Of a stretch of DNA of 64,000 nucleotides, positions 27,577 to 40,354 are shown piece after piece (position 1 is the first letter of the stretch; each line of letters starts with the position of its first letter). Location of the stretch: assembly GCA_030390025.1 (NCBI GenBank), contig CM059432.1, forward strand, positions 47,494,001 through 47,558,000. Reading direction: 5' to 3'. Position numbers and translations under genes: made by a program. The stretch is from Squalus acanthias (Eukaryota). The notes beneath the pieces are model-generated. The model did not search any database, was not told the DNA's origin, and worked only from the letters and a program-made list of their open reading frames with translations.

Positions 27577-28052
27577 ATTACTGCAAGTCTACGCAAGAAG
27601 GTACTTGGATAATGTACCCTGAGGTCAGTAGTTGCCAATGAAGTGCAACTAGCTGAGTTTCTGTCTCCCATGGAGAGAGAAGAAAAACAATTGCCATTCT
27701 TGGCAGCAGCATCTCCACCATAGGATAAAGAATCATAGGTATGAGCAACAACTTGTATTTATAGAGCACCTTTAATGTAGTAAAACATCCCAAGATGCTT
27801 CACAGGAGTGTTATCAAACACAAATTTGACACTGAGCAACATCAGGAGAAATTGGGGCAGATGACCAACATGTTGGTCAAAGAGGTAGGTTTTAAGGAGC
27901 ATCTCAAAGGAGGAAAGACAGAGGTTTAGGGAGGGAATTCCAGAGCGTAGGGCCTTGGCAGCTGAAGGCACGGCCGCCAGTGGTGGAACAATTAAAATCA
28001 GGATGCGCAAGTGGCCAGAACTGGAAGAGCGCAGATATGAGTTGTAGGGCTG

Positions 28053-28225
28053 GAGGAGAGGGGAGGGAGGGAGAGAGGGAGGGGGAGGGGGAGAGGGAGA
28101 GGGGGAGGGAGGGGGAGAGGGGGAGGGAGGGAGAGGGGGGGAGGGAGGGGGAGAGGGAGAGGGGGGGAGGGAGGGGGAGAGGGAGAGAGAGGGGAGGGAG
28201 GGAGAGAGAGGGGAGGGGAGGGAGG
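28053..28225. repeat. pure polypurine GA/GGGA low-complexity tract
   Basis: About 170 nt of only G and A on the + strand, inside the L2 copy. Confidence 0.95.
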
Positions 28226-28306
28226 CCATGGAGGGATGAGAATTTTAAAAGTGAGGCATTGCTTAACTGGGAGACAATGTAGGTTAGCGAGCACAGGGGT
28301 GATGGG

Positions 28307-28333
28307 CAATGTCTTAACTTAAAGGGAACATTA
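28307..28333. mobile_element. 27-bp remnant of the hAT-like MITE with perfect 8-bp TSD
   Basis: GTGATGGG[caatgtcttaacttaaagggaacatta]GTGATGGG; ends match the TIRs at 17844/17991. Confidence 0.8.
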
Positions 28334-29063
28334 GTGATGGGTGAACAGGACTTGGTGCGAGTTAGGACACGGGCAGCAAAGTTTTGGATGACCTCAAGTT
28401 TACGGAGGGTAGAAAATGGGAGGCCAGCGAGGAGTGCGTTGGAATAGTCACGTCTAGAGGTAACAAAGGCATGGATGAGGGTTTCAGCAGCAGATGAGCT
28501 GAGGCAGAGTCGGGCGAGGTTAGAGGTGGAAATAGGCGGTCATCGTGATGGCGCGAATATGTGGTTGGAAGCTCATCTCGGGGTCAAATATGACACCAAG
28601 GTTGCGAACAGTCTGGTTCAGCCTCAAGACAGTTGCCAGGGAGAGGGATGGAGTTTGTGGTGGAGACCGAAGACAATGGCTTTGGTCTTCCCAATATTTA
28701 GTTGGGAGGAAATTTCTGCTCATCTAGTTAAGTGCAGTCCTACCTAGGTGGAGTGGCGTTGGAGGAGCACGGTGTGGTCAACCATGTCAAAGGCTGCAGC
28801 CAGGTCGAGGATGAGGAGGGATAGTTTACCATTATCACAGTCACATAGGATGTCATTTGTAGCCAGATTTTAAACCATGTGAAGGATGACAACAGCCTGT
28901 AATGCATCTTTAATCCAAACAAATAATTTTACTAGCGGGTGGGGTATATTATGTAAACTGCCCCACATGCTGGCTTGAGATGGTGGTTTTTGGGTAATAT
29001 GTTTTATCTGGGAAAAGATCCAACCTGTAGTTCTAGCATTTAGTTTTAATCTGGTACTTTGTA

Positions 29064-29416
29064 CAGGAAACTCTATTAACCGGCACCGACAGGACTGGCG
29101 TGGTGCCGGTTAATCAAAAAGTCTGGATAACGGAGAGTTATATCTCCCAACGTACGAGAGCCCCGTACACATTAACATGCGCGAGCTCAGTCTCCCCGGG
29201 GACCGCCAGCTGACCATCTGTCGTGTCCGCTGCCTACCCGGGCTGCACATTCCCCTCCCAATCTACACGCTCCGATACAAGGCAAACGCCTCGGGGTTTT
29301 TTTTAAAGTTAATTTTAAACGAGAGATGAAGGAAACCCCCGGTTACCTACTCAAGAATTTTGCCGGTTAAGAGAGATTTCTGAATATTTGGGTGCCGGTT
29401 AATAAAGAGTTTCCTG
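29064..29416. mobile_element. Tc1/mariner (pogo/Tigger-like) MITE
   Basis: TIRs CAGGAAACTCT(TT)ATTAACCGGCACC at both ends, TA TSD, internal repeats of tgccggttaa. Confidence 0.85.
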
Positions 29417-30065
29417 TACTTGCATACTCCCCTGGCCAGAACTCATTTTAAGCTTTTTCCTGCGACAGCAGCACTTGAGTGCAACCCCTATGTTTTAGAA
29501 CCCTGAAGTGAATGATTAGAACAGTGCTCTACCCATACTTTGTATTCTAGCTGTTTATCTTACATATATACTTCAAAATAAAGTTCTTGCATCTTAGTGC
29601 TATGAAATCTGTCCTGTTTATATTCCAGGCAGATTTTACAGCACTAGTTGTTTAAAATGCCCTGTTTCATAATTACTTTCTGGCTGCTGGATCTTCCCTG
29701 ATGTCTGAAGAACTGTACAGGCCAGAAGACTGCGTTTTCCGCTTCCGTGGCTAGAAAATATGGCGGCCTGCAGAGGTAGCAATGAAAGCCTCCTCTGGTG
29801 TCCGAGGCAGGTGTATACATTGGAAGTGGTGAATGTTTCACAGAACCAGCAGCCTGCTGATTTTCTGAGTGCATCTCTTTATGGTAGAGTAATTAGTCAA
29901 CCCAATTTTGTGAAGTTCTTCTTGGTGTGCTCTACTGAAACCATTAGGAAGCTTATCTTTAATTTATGTCAGATGTCCTAACACACTCAAAGTGGTGCAT
30001 AACCATAAGACAGTTTTTTGTAGCAATTGTGGAAAATCAATCTTATCTTTTTCTCCTATTTGTAG

Positions 30066-30116
30066 GTTCAAAAAGAAGCTACTGAATTACTGAAGTTGAT
30101 TAGTGGACGGGGTTGA
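30066..30116 (+). CDS. RMDN1: RMDN1 last coding exon, ends at stop codon
   Basis: ttgtag|GTTCAA...GGTTGA; encodes VQKEATELLKLISGRG*, comparable to the RMDN1 C-terminus. Confidence 0.9.
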   Translation, partial: VQKEATELLKLISGRG

Positions 30117-30238
30117 GCACTGGTTCAAACCAATCTAGTGCATTAAAACAGCTGTCTGCCAGTGAATTTTGTGTTACAGGGTTAATTTTGAAAAATAAGT
30201 TAATTGATTTCTCAGATCATCAATCAATTAGAAGGATT

Positions 30239-30244
30239 TTTATT
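30239..30244 (-). terminator. candidate distal WWP1 polyadenylation signal AATAAA
   Basis: tttatt on the + strand at the far end of a TE-free AT-rich stretch continuous with the WWP1 stop. Alternatives: 31235-31240 (AATAAA) and 31035-31040 (ATTAAA). Confidence 0.45.
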
Positions 30245-30292
30245 AAATGTTGATACATGATGAAATTGTACAGGCCCGACACAGCATTAACA

Positions 30293-30298
30293 AATAAA
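30293..30298 (+). terminator. candidate RMDN1 polyadenylation signal AATAAA
   Basis: First AATAAA after the stop codon, followed by GT/T-rich sequence (tgtgtatattttcatgtattttgtgtg). Confidence 0.55.
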
Positions 30299-32243
30299 CA
30301 AATGTGTATATTTTCATGTATTTTGTGTGCTATTGCATTTGTAAAACACAAGTTGTGCAGTAGATAACTCAACGAGCAAAAAAAGGCAGTGAATTAGAAT
30401 TGCAGAGCTATTCAGCTCTAGCTCGTTGCCTCAATTGAAAAATGTTGCTAGGCCCAATACAATTGGAAACCTGACACTGCCAAAAAAAAATCACATCACC
30501 TATTGACTTGTGTGCAGAGATGCACTTTCAGGTTTCCAAAAAGAACAATTCTGCTAAAAGATATATCCCAAAACATCACAAAATGAATCACCAGCAAACC
30601 CATTGACTGTTTGTCAATCCATTTTATCTTTATCAGTGGTTTTTAATTCTTCAGTACATTGTGTGGTCTGGAACCACTCTTGCGCAACAGCTTGACAGAA
30701 AGGCTTTCATATAGGGAAAAAACCTTACAATAAAGAGATAAATATACATCAAAAAGAAAAATCAGGAACAGAGATGGCTACGTCTGCTTATTAAGTGATT
30801 TTTCTATCTGTAATTACCAGCCAAGTTTAAAGGGGGAATTTATCTTAAGCACCTGACAGAAGAAAAGTTTCAGTGGTAATCCTGATCTACCACAGCAGCT
30901 ACCACCTATTTGGGTAACGATACCAACTGACCATTTCTGCATACAACAATTTTCTGTGACTATAATTTAAAAAAAATTGCAATGGGAAAAACTGACCAAA
31001 CTCAACATTTACAAAACTTTTACAAATTAAAAACTTTAATGGAATTTACAATGTTTAAATTTAAAGCATTACAAATGTTACATTTCAAATGTCCATATCT
31101 CCCCATTCACTGCAAGGAAGCACGGTGTGTTAGAAGTTGCAGTTCCATATAATTCACAATTATTTTTAAATAGATTGTTACATGTAATTAAGTAAATGCC
31201 TTCAATACTGGTGAAACTATTTTAAAATCAATTTTTTATTACATGTTTTTGAAACTTCTGCAGTTAAGAAAAAATAAATCACTTGATATTTCTAGGAAGA
31301 GGAAGGCCTATATTAGAAATTATATTTCAAAGCCAGAAAAAGAAATCAAACCTATGCATAGAATGTAATTTACACAAAAGCCATTAAGAAAAACAGCATA
31401 TATAACATTGCAATGGGAAACTAATTACACAACATTCCTTACAATGTGCAAAACTTATATATTTGATTTATATTTTTTTAAATTCCTGATTGATAAATGT
31501 AACTCTTCTAAAAGGCTGAACATAAAAGCAGCACAGAGGTAATATTTTGCATAATTACACTGTGAAAATTGTCCACATTAGCTTCTTGGATATAAAATTA
31601 CATTATTGTGGGGTACTTTCAATTTGCTATACATGAGACATACATAAACAGCAATAACCCAAGGAAGTAAAATAAAACCTCATGTCAGCATTTACACATT
31701 CTATGATCTCAACAAGCCAGCAGCATTAATTCTAGATATTTGACAGTGTTTGGCATAAGCCTTAAATAGTTCAGTGACAGCCATGCAAGAAATAACTGTG
31801 GCAGATTTGTTACATCAGTGGAAACTGATCCACAGGGCATGTGTTTTCTTCTGGAAGATGCAATTTACACTAAGGGGGCCTAACAGCACACCTACCAGAT
31901 CTCCAAATAAGCTCTATAAAACTAGAGCCATTCATATTCCAGCTGTTTTTTTTTTAAAAAAAAGCATTCTATGTTTCAGAAAGCAGCCAAACTGTTTTCT
32001 CCCAAGACACTCATTTTAAGGGAAAACGCAGGTATGTAAAATACTATGTATGGTTCAAGACATAATTTGCATAATGATTCTGGAAGAAAAGCAGGTCAGT
32101 TCTATAGAATTCCAGAAGTAAATTACTTCTCTAGGCAAATAGCTTATATACAACGGTAGACATCTATGAAACTGTAGATGGCTGGACATGAAACAAGAGT
32201 ACATTGTGACATCATCTGTTAGTATCAAGAATACGTGCTGCAT

Positions 32244-32429
<186 letters not shown>

Positions 32430-33239
32430 TTACCACAGAATCTGCTGCAGAATTCCTATTCTTTCTGTCAGTACTGGATGGCCCAGTACAGTTCTGTATC
32501 TCATTGTATCAGTTGAATGCGAAATATAAACTGAGGTCAATGAAAAACTTCTTTCTCCTGGCTAAAGCAGTTCCCAATCAGAGAAGCTACAAAGATGTGA
32601 AAAATAGAAATCGTGCTAGTGGAGGGAGGCTTAGCTCTCCTGAGGTTGGGGCTAAAGCATAGAGTTAGTGCAGAACAGAAAGAGGTTTACCTTTGCTGTG
32701 CTATATCCGACCTGAGTGTGTTTGACACAGAATAGCAAAATATAAACTGTATTCCACACCTTCCCTCCCCAGCACGGATATCACCCTCCTCAACAAGCAA
32801 CATAAATCTGGTTTTATAACTTATTAATGATAGCTGTGGCAGTAAATGTTATCTTGTCCAAGTGTGACTAGGCTATTGGCACTATGGGCAAGATAATTAA
32901 TTCTATAATCATTCCTTTCTGGTTTTGACACAAATATTGAACTGGTTACATGATAATATCAATCTTTTGTTTTGGCATTTGAATGCTAAAACACTGTCCT
33001 TGGGAGCCAGTTTTCAATAACCGCTCATTTTTTACAATGTGGGTCTCATCTCCAAAATGAACAGTGGGACCTGGGAGGCAGGTTAAAAGAAATATACTGA
33101 ATAGTTAGAATATGCCATAAGCTAGAAGTTAGGTAAAAGTAAAGCTAAAATATTAAAAAATAATTAGAATGGGGCAGAAAGGTGTTGAAAAATGTTTTAA
33201 ATGAAAGCTACCTCTGACATTTGAGTATATTTAATACTA

Positions 33240-33630
33240 TGACAGCTTGTATTTATGGAGCACCTTTAACGTAGAAAATGTCCCATGGCACTTTACAGAG
33301 GGGGAGTAAAAATATAGTTAAAAGAACGAAGGCAAGCCACGGTGTTAGGGGAGGTGAAAGATGTTTTGAGAAGGTTTTTAAAGGTGGAGAGAGAAATGGA
33401 GAGGGAGGGAACTCCACAGCGAGAAACTAAGACAGCTGAAGGCTCTGTCACCAATTGTGGAGTGACGGAAGGGGGAATGCCAGAGTACTCTGGAAGATTG
33501 CAGAGAGGGAGGGGCAAGGTCATGGAAGAATTTAAAGAAAAATATTTTAAATTCAATCCTTAGGGGACAGGGAGCCAATGTAGGTCAGTGAGGATGGTAG
33601 TGATGGACTTGGTGTGGAATGGGAGTGATG
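33240..33630 (-). mobile_element. old L2-type LINE 3' fragment
   Basis: Similar to 27745-28300 (tail and ...LRIEFKIF...). Confidence 0.65.
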
Positions 33631-33635
33631 GAAGG

Positions 33636-35153
33636 CGTACTTTCAAAAGGCGTTTGATAAAGTAGGCTTGTTAGCAAAATTGAAGCCCATGGGATAAAAT
33701 GGACAGTAGTAGCATGGATACAAAATTGAGTAAGGGATAGAAAACAGAGTGTTGTGGTGAATGGCTGTTTTTCAGACTGGAGGGAGGTATACATTGGTGT
33801 TCCCCAGGGTTCAGTACTAGGACCACTGCTGTTTTTGATATACATTAATGACTTGGATTTGGGGGTACAGGGCACAATTTCAAAATTTGCAGATAACACA
33901 AAGCTTGGAAGTGTCGTTAACAGTGAGGAAAATAGGAATAGACTTCAAGAGGATGTAGACAGGCTGGTGGAATGGGCGGACACATGGCAGATGAAATTCA
34001 ACACAGAAAAGTGTGAGGTGATACATATTGGTAGGAAGAATGAGGAGAGACAATACAAGCTAAATGGTACAATTATAAAGGGGGGGGGTTGCAAGAACAG
34101 AGAGACCTGGGGATGTTTGTGCACAAATCTTTGAAGGAGGCAGGACAGGTTAACAAAGCAGTGAATAAAGCATATAGGATCCTGGGCTTTATAAATAGAG
34201 GCATGGAGTAGAAAAGCCAGGAAGTTATGCTAAACCTACATAAAACATCAGTTTGGCCCCAGCTGAGTAGTGTGTCCAATTCTGGGTACCACACTTTAGG
34301 AAGAATGTGAAGGCTTTGGAGAGGGTACAGAAGAGATTTACTGGAATGGTTCCAGCGATGAGGGATTACAGTTATGTGGATAGACTGGAGAAGCTAGGTT
34401 GTTCTCCTTAAAGCAGAGAAGGCTAAAAGGAGATTTGATAGAGGTGTTTAAAATCATGATGGATTTAGATAGAGTAAATACAGAGAAACGGTTTTCAATG
34501 GCCGAAGGCTCAATAGCCAGAGGGCACATATTTAAGGTGATTGGCAAAAGAACCAGAGGCGACATGAGGAAAAACATTTTTACGCAACGAGTGGTTAGAA
34601 TTTGGAATACACTGCCTGATAGGGTGGTGGATTAAGTAGTAGCTTTCAAAAGGGAGTTGGATAAATACTTGAAAGAGAAAAATTGCAGGGATATGAGCAA
34701 TGTTCCCTCTAATTTTTTTCCCCCTGCACGGGCCTTTTAAATTTGCTGCAGCGGCCTCGTATGCGCAGTATCTCTTCCAGTGGCAGAGCTGGTGAGTGGC
34801 TGCGTGGGACCTCGCGATTGAACATAAGAATTAGGAGCAGTAGGCCACACGGCCTCTCAAGCCTGCTCTGCCATTCAATAAGATTATAGCTGATCTTCGA
34901 CCTCAACTCCACTTTCCCGCCCGATCTCCATATCCCTTGATTGCCTGAGTCCAAAAATCTATCTCAGCCTTGAATTTACTCAACGATTCAGCATCCACAG
35001 CCCTTTGGGATTGGTGGGCGGCTGCGCACCTTAGGGGGAACATTGGATATTGGGAAAGAGCGGGGAAGTGGGACTAACTGGACTGCTCTTCGAAAGAGTC
35101 GGCACAGACTCAATAGGCTGAAAGGCCTCCTTCTGTGCTGTACTATTCTATGA
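33636..35153 (+). mobile_element. CR1 LINE 3' part, interrupted by a hAT MITE
   Basis: RT motifs GVPQGSVLGP, ISKFADNTKL; CR1 tail at ~35110-35153. Confidence 0.9.
34698..35045. mobile_element. hAT-like MITE carrying a nested CR1 3' fragment (-, ~34821-35010)
   Basis: TIRs CAATGTTCCC / GGGAACATTG; TSD gatatgag / gatattgg. Confidence 0.8.
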
Positions 35154-35957
35154 TGGACTCGGTACGGATTGGGATGTGGGCTGGTAAGTTTTGAATAAAG
35201 TGGAGTTAATAGAAATTGAAAAATCAAGCCTAGAGGTGATTTAATAAAAAGGTTTCAGCACGTGGGGGTGAAGCAGGGAGCAACTTATGTTGCAGAGGTA
35301 GAAGCAAATAGTCTTTAAGGATCGGATATGAAGCTTGAACAGGATGCCACGGTTTCATCCTGGTTCAGCCTCAGCAAGTGGATAGGCGGAGGGAAGAGAG
35401 GAGAGGAGGAGCTAGTGGCAAGGCTGTTAATAATGGCTTCAGTCTGCCCTTTACACAGTTGGAAGAAATTTTAAATCATCCACAACTTGATTTCAGAAAG
35501 CACATAAGGGTTCAAAGGATATGGTGGAAAGGTAGAGTTGGGTGTCATTGGCTGGCTGACCCTTTACCTGCAGATTATGTCACCGAGGGATAGCAGGTAG
35601 ATAAGGCGCCATGAGGACTTTGGGAGAGTCTGGAGGTGCTGGTGCGGGGGAGGGGGGTGGGGGGAGAAGAGAGGAGAGGAGAAGAAAAGTTAGAGGATGG
35701 GCGATAATTAGAGAGAATATATTGGTTTTGGTCAGACTTACTGTAACGTGGTTGACAGATTGCAGTTCCCAATCTGGGACACGGAAACTAAGGTTAAAAA
35801 AATGTTAATTCCAGGGTAATTGGCGTTTCCCTGCACCAACAGGCAGTCTAAGGATTTAATACTTTATGAAGACATCACATCAAAGAACAGTACAGATTTA
35901 AAACTATGGATGTTCCTCCCACAAATAAAGATTATTAATGTTCCGATCATTACTCAC

Positions 35958-36030
35958 CAAGTATGACTTCTGGGCAGCCATGTTTCTTTACCAACCTTTT
36001 CAATGCAAAACTTTTGAGGACCATTACTCC
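35958..36030 (-). CDS. WWP1: WWP1 HECT exon, 73 nt
   Basis: aaacag|...ACTTG|gtgagt; encodes GSNGPQKFCIEKVGKETWLPRSHT(C). The catalytic Cys codon is split TG|T across the last intron. Confidence 0.96.
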
Positions 36031-36421
36031 CTGTTTGAAACAATCAATAATCATCACTGGCTAATCAATCAGACTGCTTCATCAAGACAGATTTCATGTT
36101 GCCATGCAAGGTTAACCATTTTCAGAGAGTAACATAAGTAAGTATCTTAGTTCAGTTTGTACATATTAAGTAGAGTGCCCAAATATTTCACCAGTGCAGC
36201 GCTTCCACCTAGGTTATTTTGCCAAGTGGTTCGGCAAAAACAGCAGACACTTCCTTTATTAAATAATAATTTTTCTATTAATTATTTTATTAATTCCCGA
36301 GATGTGGTGTTGCTGGTGAGCCTGGGATTAATTGCCCATCCCTAAGTGCTCTTGAGAAGGTGGTGGTGGGACAACTGAATAGCTTTCTAAGCTACTTAAG
36401 AGGACAATTAAGAGTCAACCA

Positions 36422-36471
36422 CGGTGCACACCAGGTGCTTCAACCTCGGTGCACACCAGGTGCTTCAACCT
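36422..36471. repeat. perfect 25-bp tandem duplication
   Basis: (cggtgcacaccaggtgcttcaacct)x2. Confidence 0.95.
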
Positions 36472-37363
36472 CATGCCTGCCAGGAACACAAGCCTCACCA
36501 GCCACTGTACTGATCTACCCAGGGCTTTAACTCCCCACCGGCCCAAGTCCTGAGCTTCACTGGCCCAAGCTTCTCACAGTTTATGTTTGTTAATCTCTTG
36601 AATGCTTTAAAAATGAATTCTTACCCTCCCCACTTTTCTTCCCCAACCGCCTCACTTTACCATGCTGCTCACCCCACCCAGTCCCAACGTTTCCCTCCCC
36701 ATCTTCACTTCGTCCCTACCCCGCATCCATGGTCTTATCTTCACTAGTTTGCCAGAATGGAGTCAGAGGCTGGCAGCACCATTTGCCTTGACCATACAAA
36801 ACTATTTGCATCCAAATGTCAGGTTCATTAGTGGGAGGCACAGACTGAAGAGAAGGAAAACTGGGGAACAAATTAACCTTGGTCATACTGATACACCTTC
36901 TAATGGCTGGTTATAGAGCAGCAAAAGGTATAGGAACTGGACACACAGGCAACTTAATTAGGTGGAGATCATGTGTAGTCCCTAAAACATGAGAGAAAAT
37001 AGCAAATGGAAATTAAATAATAAATAAACATTCTCATAGGGTAGCAGAGGAGCATAACGATGTGCCCGGATATCAGAGTGCCCCACAATTAAAGCATCTG
37101 ATCTTAGTCATGGCATCAATTAGCCTGTATGCTACAGAGAAGAAAATTTAATGTTTAAAACTGCAATTTTAACATAAAATCCATAATGTACATAGCCCTT
37201 ATGCTATTGTGTAAATGGTAATCGCAAGTTCAAAGTTTTCATATAAAAAGGTGAAAGCATTTGTAATGATGTTCTAAGTCAAGTATTAAATTGTTTTAAC
37301 TTGAATGCACATCTGCATTATTTGTCTGTACCTACCTAATTCAGAGGTTTGGAAACTAGTTTA

Positions 37364-37549
<186 letters not shown>

Positions 37550-39645
37550 TCACTTGTGAGACAGTATGATTCAAACCTATAAAATCCTTTTTGGATGTTT
37601 CAGATATAGTAGAATCTCAATATTCATAATAATGGAGGGGTTAATCCCCAACCCCCAATAAACTGCAGAATGAAATTGGAAATCAGATTGGGGTAAACAC
37701 AAAATTGAAAGTTCAGTCCCAGGACACAAATTAGTGAAAGCTTTGTATTAGTTGAATATGAGTACTCTTAAGAGATCGAATTATATTTTTATCTGGGCTT
37801 TTAAATAGTTTACTGTATTTGCAAAAGTTATTTAAGTAAAATTGTGCAGCATGTTTGTTTAAAAGCTTTCACAGTAGGTGAGCTTACTGACTCCTGTTGG
37901 TATCCCAACCAGTACTCAACAGACTCTCTCGTTTCACCACAAATCTTTCAAAAAATGTTTTTGAAGATAATTAGATTTGCAGATAATTGAAGTGGAATTA
38001 TTGACTCAAAGATTTCTCAGAACATTTCAAGTAACGAACGGTTTTTCAAATCTATATTAAAAAAATTGAGTCCATCCATCTTTCACTGAAGCCCCATTTT
38101 TGGGATCAGTTCGGCCCATGGAAATTATGTGGCGATTAACATCACACGATTAATATAGACCAACAAGCTGGCACAACCCGACTGGGAAGAGGGGAGTTAT
38201 ACTTATCCACCTCCGCAGTGGGTCAATCGTGCCAACTTTTTCCACTCTGTAATTTCTATTCCAGTCCACGGGCTGGTTCCACTCCAAGATCCAATCCCCA
38301 GCTCACAATCTGGGACCACTCAAAGCTCCACTCCGAGGAGGCAGAGAAAGAGGTGGGGGTGGGATAGGTGGAGGGTGAACTAAGAAAAAAAGATGCCCTT
38401 GAGTGGGAGAATTGAGGAGCATGTATTTTTTAATTACTCCTTAAAATAACGGTGTCTGTTGGTCAGAAAGAAAGGACTAAGTGTGGTCACAACAGCAACT
38501 GGCTACAGGGCTAGATGTGGGGTCCCATGGGTCCAGGTTGGAGACTTCATGCAACATTGAGGCTTGTGACTAGTCTGGCCAGGCCTCAACATGTTGCTCA
38601 CAGGATGGTGAAAGCAAGTAGCTGCAGTTATCATGGGTGCTAGGCAGCTGGTCTCCCAAAAGAAAATGCTTCCAGGATGACCATGTGGGGCCTGATTTAA
38701 ATCAGCAAAGCATGAGAGAAAAGGACCCTATGATTGGGTGGGCAGGGGAGAATGATGATGTTTGGAGTGGGCGGGGAGATGGAGACAGATAGACAGATCC
38801 ACTTACAAGAATACACTCAGATATTTTACTTTTTTCCTCCTTTATCAGAATCACCATATTTTTCAGTGAGAAAACTATGGGGTCATGGGACACAGCTAGG
38901 CAGAGGGGTTAGGTGCATGGGTCAGAGGTGGAAGGAGGCTACAGCCCAAATCTGGAAACAGATGAGTGAGACCTTGGAGCTGAGCAGCATGGTCCGGAGA
39001 CAATGTGACCTGAGCGGAAGGGGTGGGGGAGGAGTATGGTCACAAGAACAGCAGAAGATGTTTCAGCCTGACCACTGGACGCTACGTTTTATCTGCAAAT
39101 AACACTATGGGACATCACCAGAACAGGTCGTACATATAAAAAGGATAATGTGAAATATTGATTTGTGCCAGACATCAGATTTCCAGGAACAGGAAAGGAG
39201 GAGCTACATAGTACACAGAAAACAAAGACTATATGTATGGTTGTAAAAGCTTATAAATGCTCTTATGTAGACAAGTACCTGGGTCAGATGACAAGTACCT
39301 GTACTCATGATTCCTAAAGAAGATGGGGACTGAAAGCTTTGACTGGGATCTTTTGTTAGTTCACTAAATTTAGGAGACATTCCTGAGGATTGAAATATGA
39401 ATATAACTTCATTATTTAAAAAAGGGACAAGAGGCACACCTGGAAATTATAGACCAGCGAGTTTAATCTGTTACACGTAAGTCTTTGAAATTATTTTGAG
39501 ACCCCAAGTCGGTGAACATTTGGAAAAGCACAACTTGTTAAAGGACAGTCCGCATGGATTTTGGAAAGGATGATCATGTTTAATTAACCTGTTATAGTTT
39601 TTCAAAGATACAACTGAGATAATGGATAGGGGAAATGCTGCTATT

Positions 39646-40354
39646 GGACCTGAAGTTGCGGTCGGAGGCTTCCCGCGGGAAATGCCTCCGAACCGCAATA
39701 AAAGTACGAAACTACTGATGGTCCCCTACCTACGAAGAGTCGCGCTCCTGGGCCTGCAGGTGTACGCCTGCGTAAAGGCCCACGTATCCCAGGGGTGCAG
39801 GCAGTTCGCAAGCGTCCCTGGGATCATGTGAGCCGGCCCAACCATTATGCTTATAGGGATTCCATTTACGTACGGAATCCCCATAAGCTTAATAGGAATC
39901 ACCCAAAAAACACAAATTTCACACAACTTAAATCAAAATAAATTACATGGTCAAAATTAATTAAAATACAATGTAATGAAACATTTAAAACAAAAATGTA
40001 ATTAAAAAATAAATAAATTTAAACATTTTTAAAGGGTCCAAAATAACCTGAACTAATTTTAAAGGTTTTTAAGTTTAAATGATTTAAATAAATGTTATTT
40101 TATTATTTCTTTAAACCCATATGCTGGTAAAAGGCCCTACGCCTGCTTTTACCAGTCATAAGAGTTTTGTGGGCAAATAGCCCAACTCTACGCCAACGAA
40201 TGTCCATTTTCCGGGGATTCTTATTTTAGGTCAAGCTGAAATTTGACAGATCGTAAGTTCCGGGTTTTTGCGCATGTGCATGGAAACCCGGAACTTGTAG
40301 GGCCCTTACGGCCGCGTGTGTGTACACGGTGACAGGCCCCGGAAAATCTGGGCC
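39646..40354. mobile_element. PIF/Harbinger-like MITE inserted in an old + strand CR1
   Basis: Ends GGACCTGAAGTTGCGG / CCGGAAAATCTGGGCC; 3-bp TSD ATT; CR1 RT sequence resumes across it. Confidence 0.75.

Larger units (their letters stand above)
27745..28860 (-). mobile_element. L2-type LINE 3' fragment
   Basis: L2-type tail (gtgaagcatcttgggatg...ataaatacaagttgttg on -); ORF2 C-terminal remnants PITPVLANLHCLPV...FKIL and VRNLGVIFDPEMSF. Confidence 0.8.

Noticed and set aside
27759..28309. Pro/Ser-rich and Gly/Glu/Arg-rich ORFs
   Set aside because: Translation artefacts of the GA low-complexity tract within L2.
36422..36471. Direct repeats as a CRISPR-like array
   Set aside because: Two abutting units with no spacer, in a eukaryotic intron; a simple tandem duplication (likewise 62785-62828).
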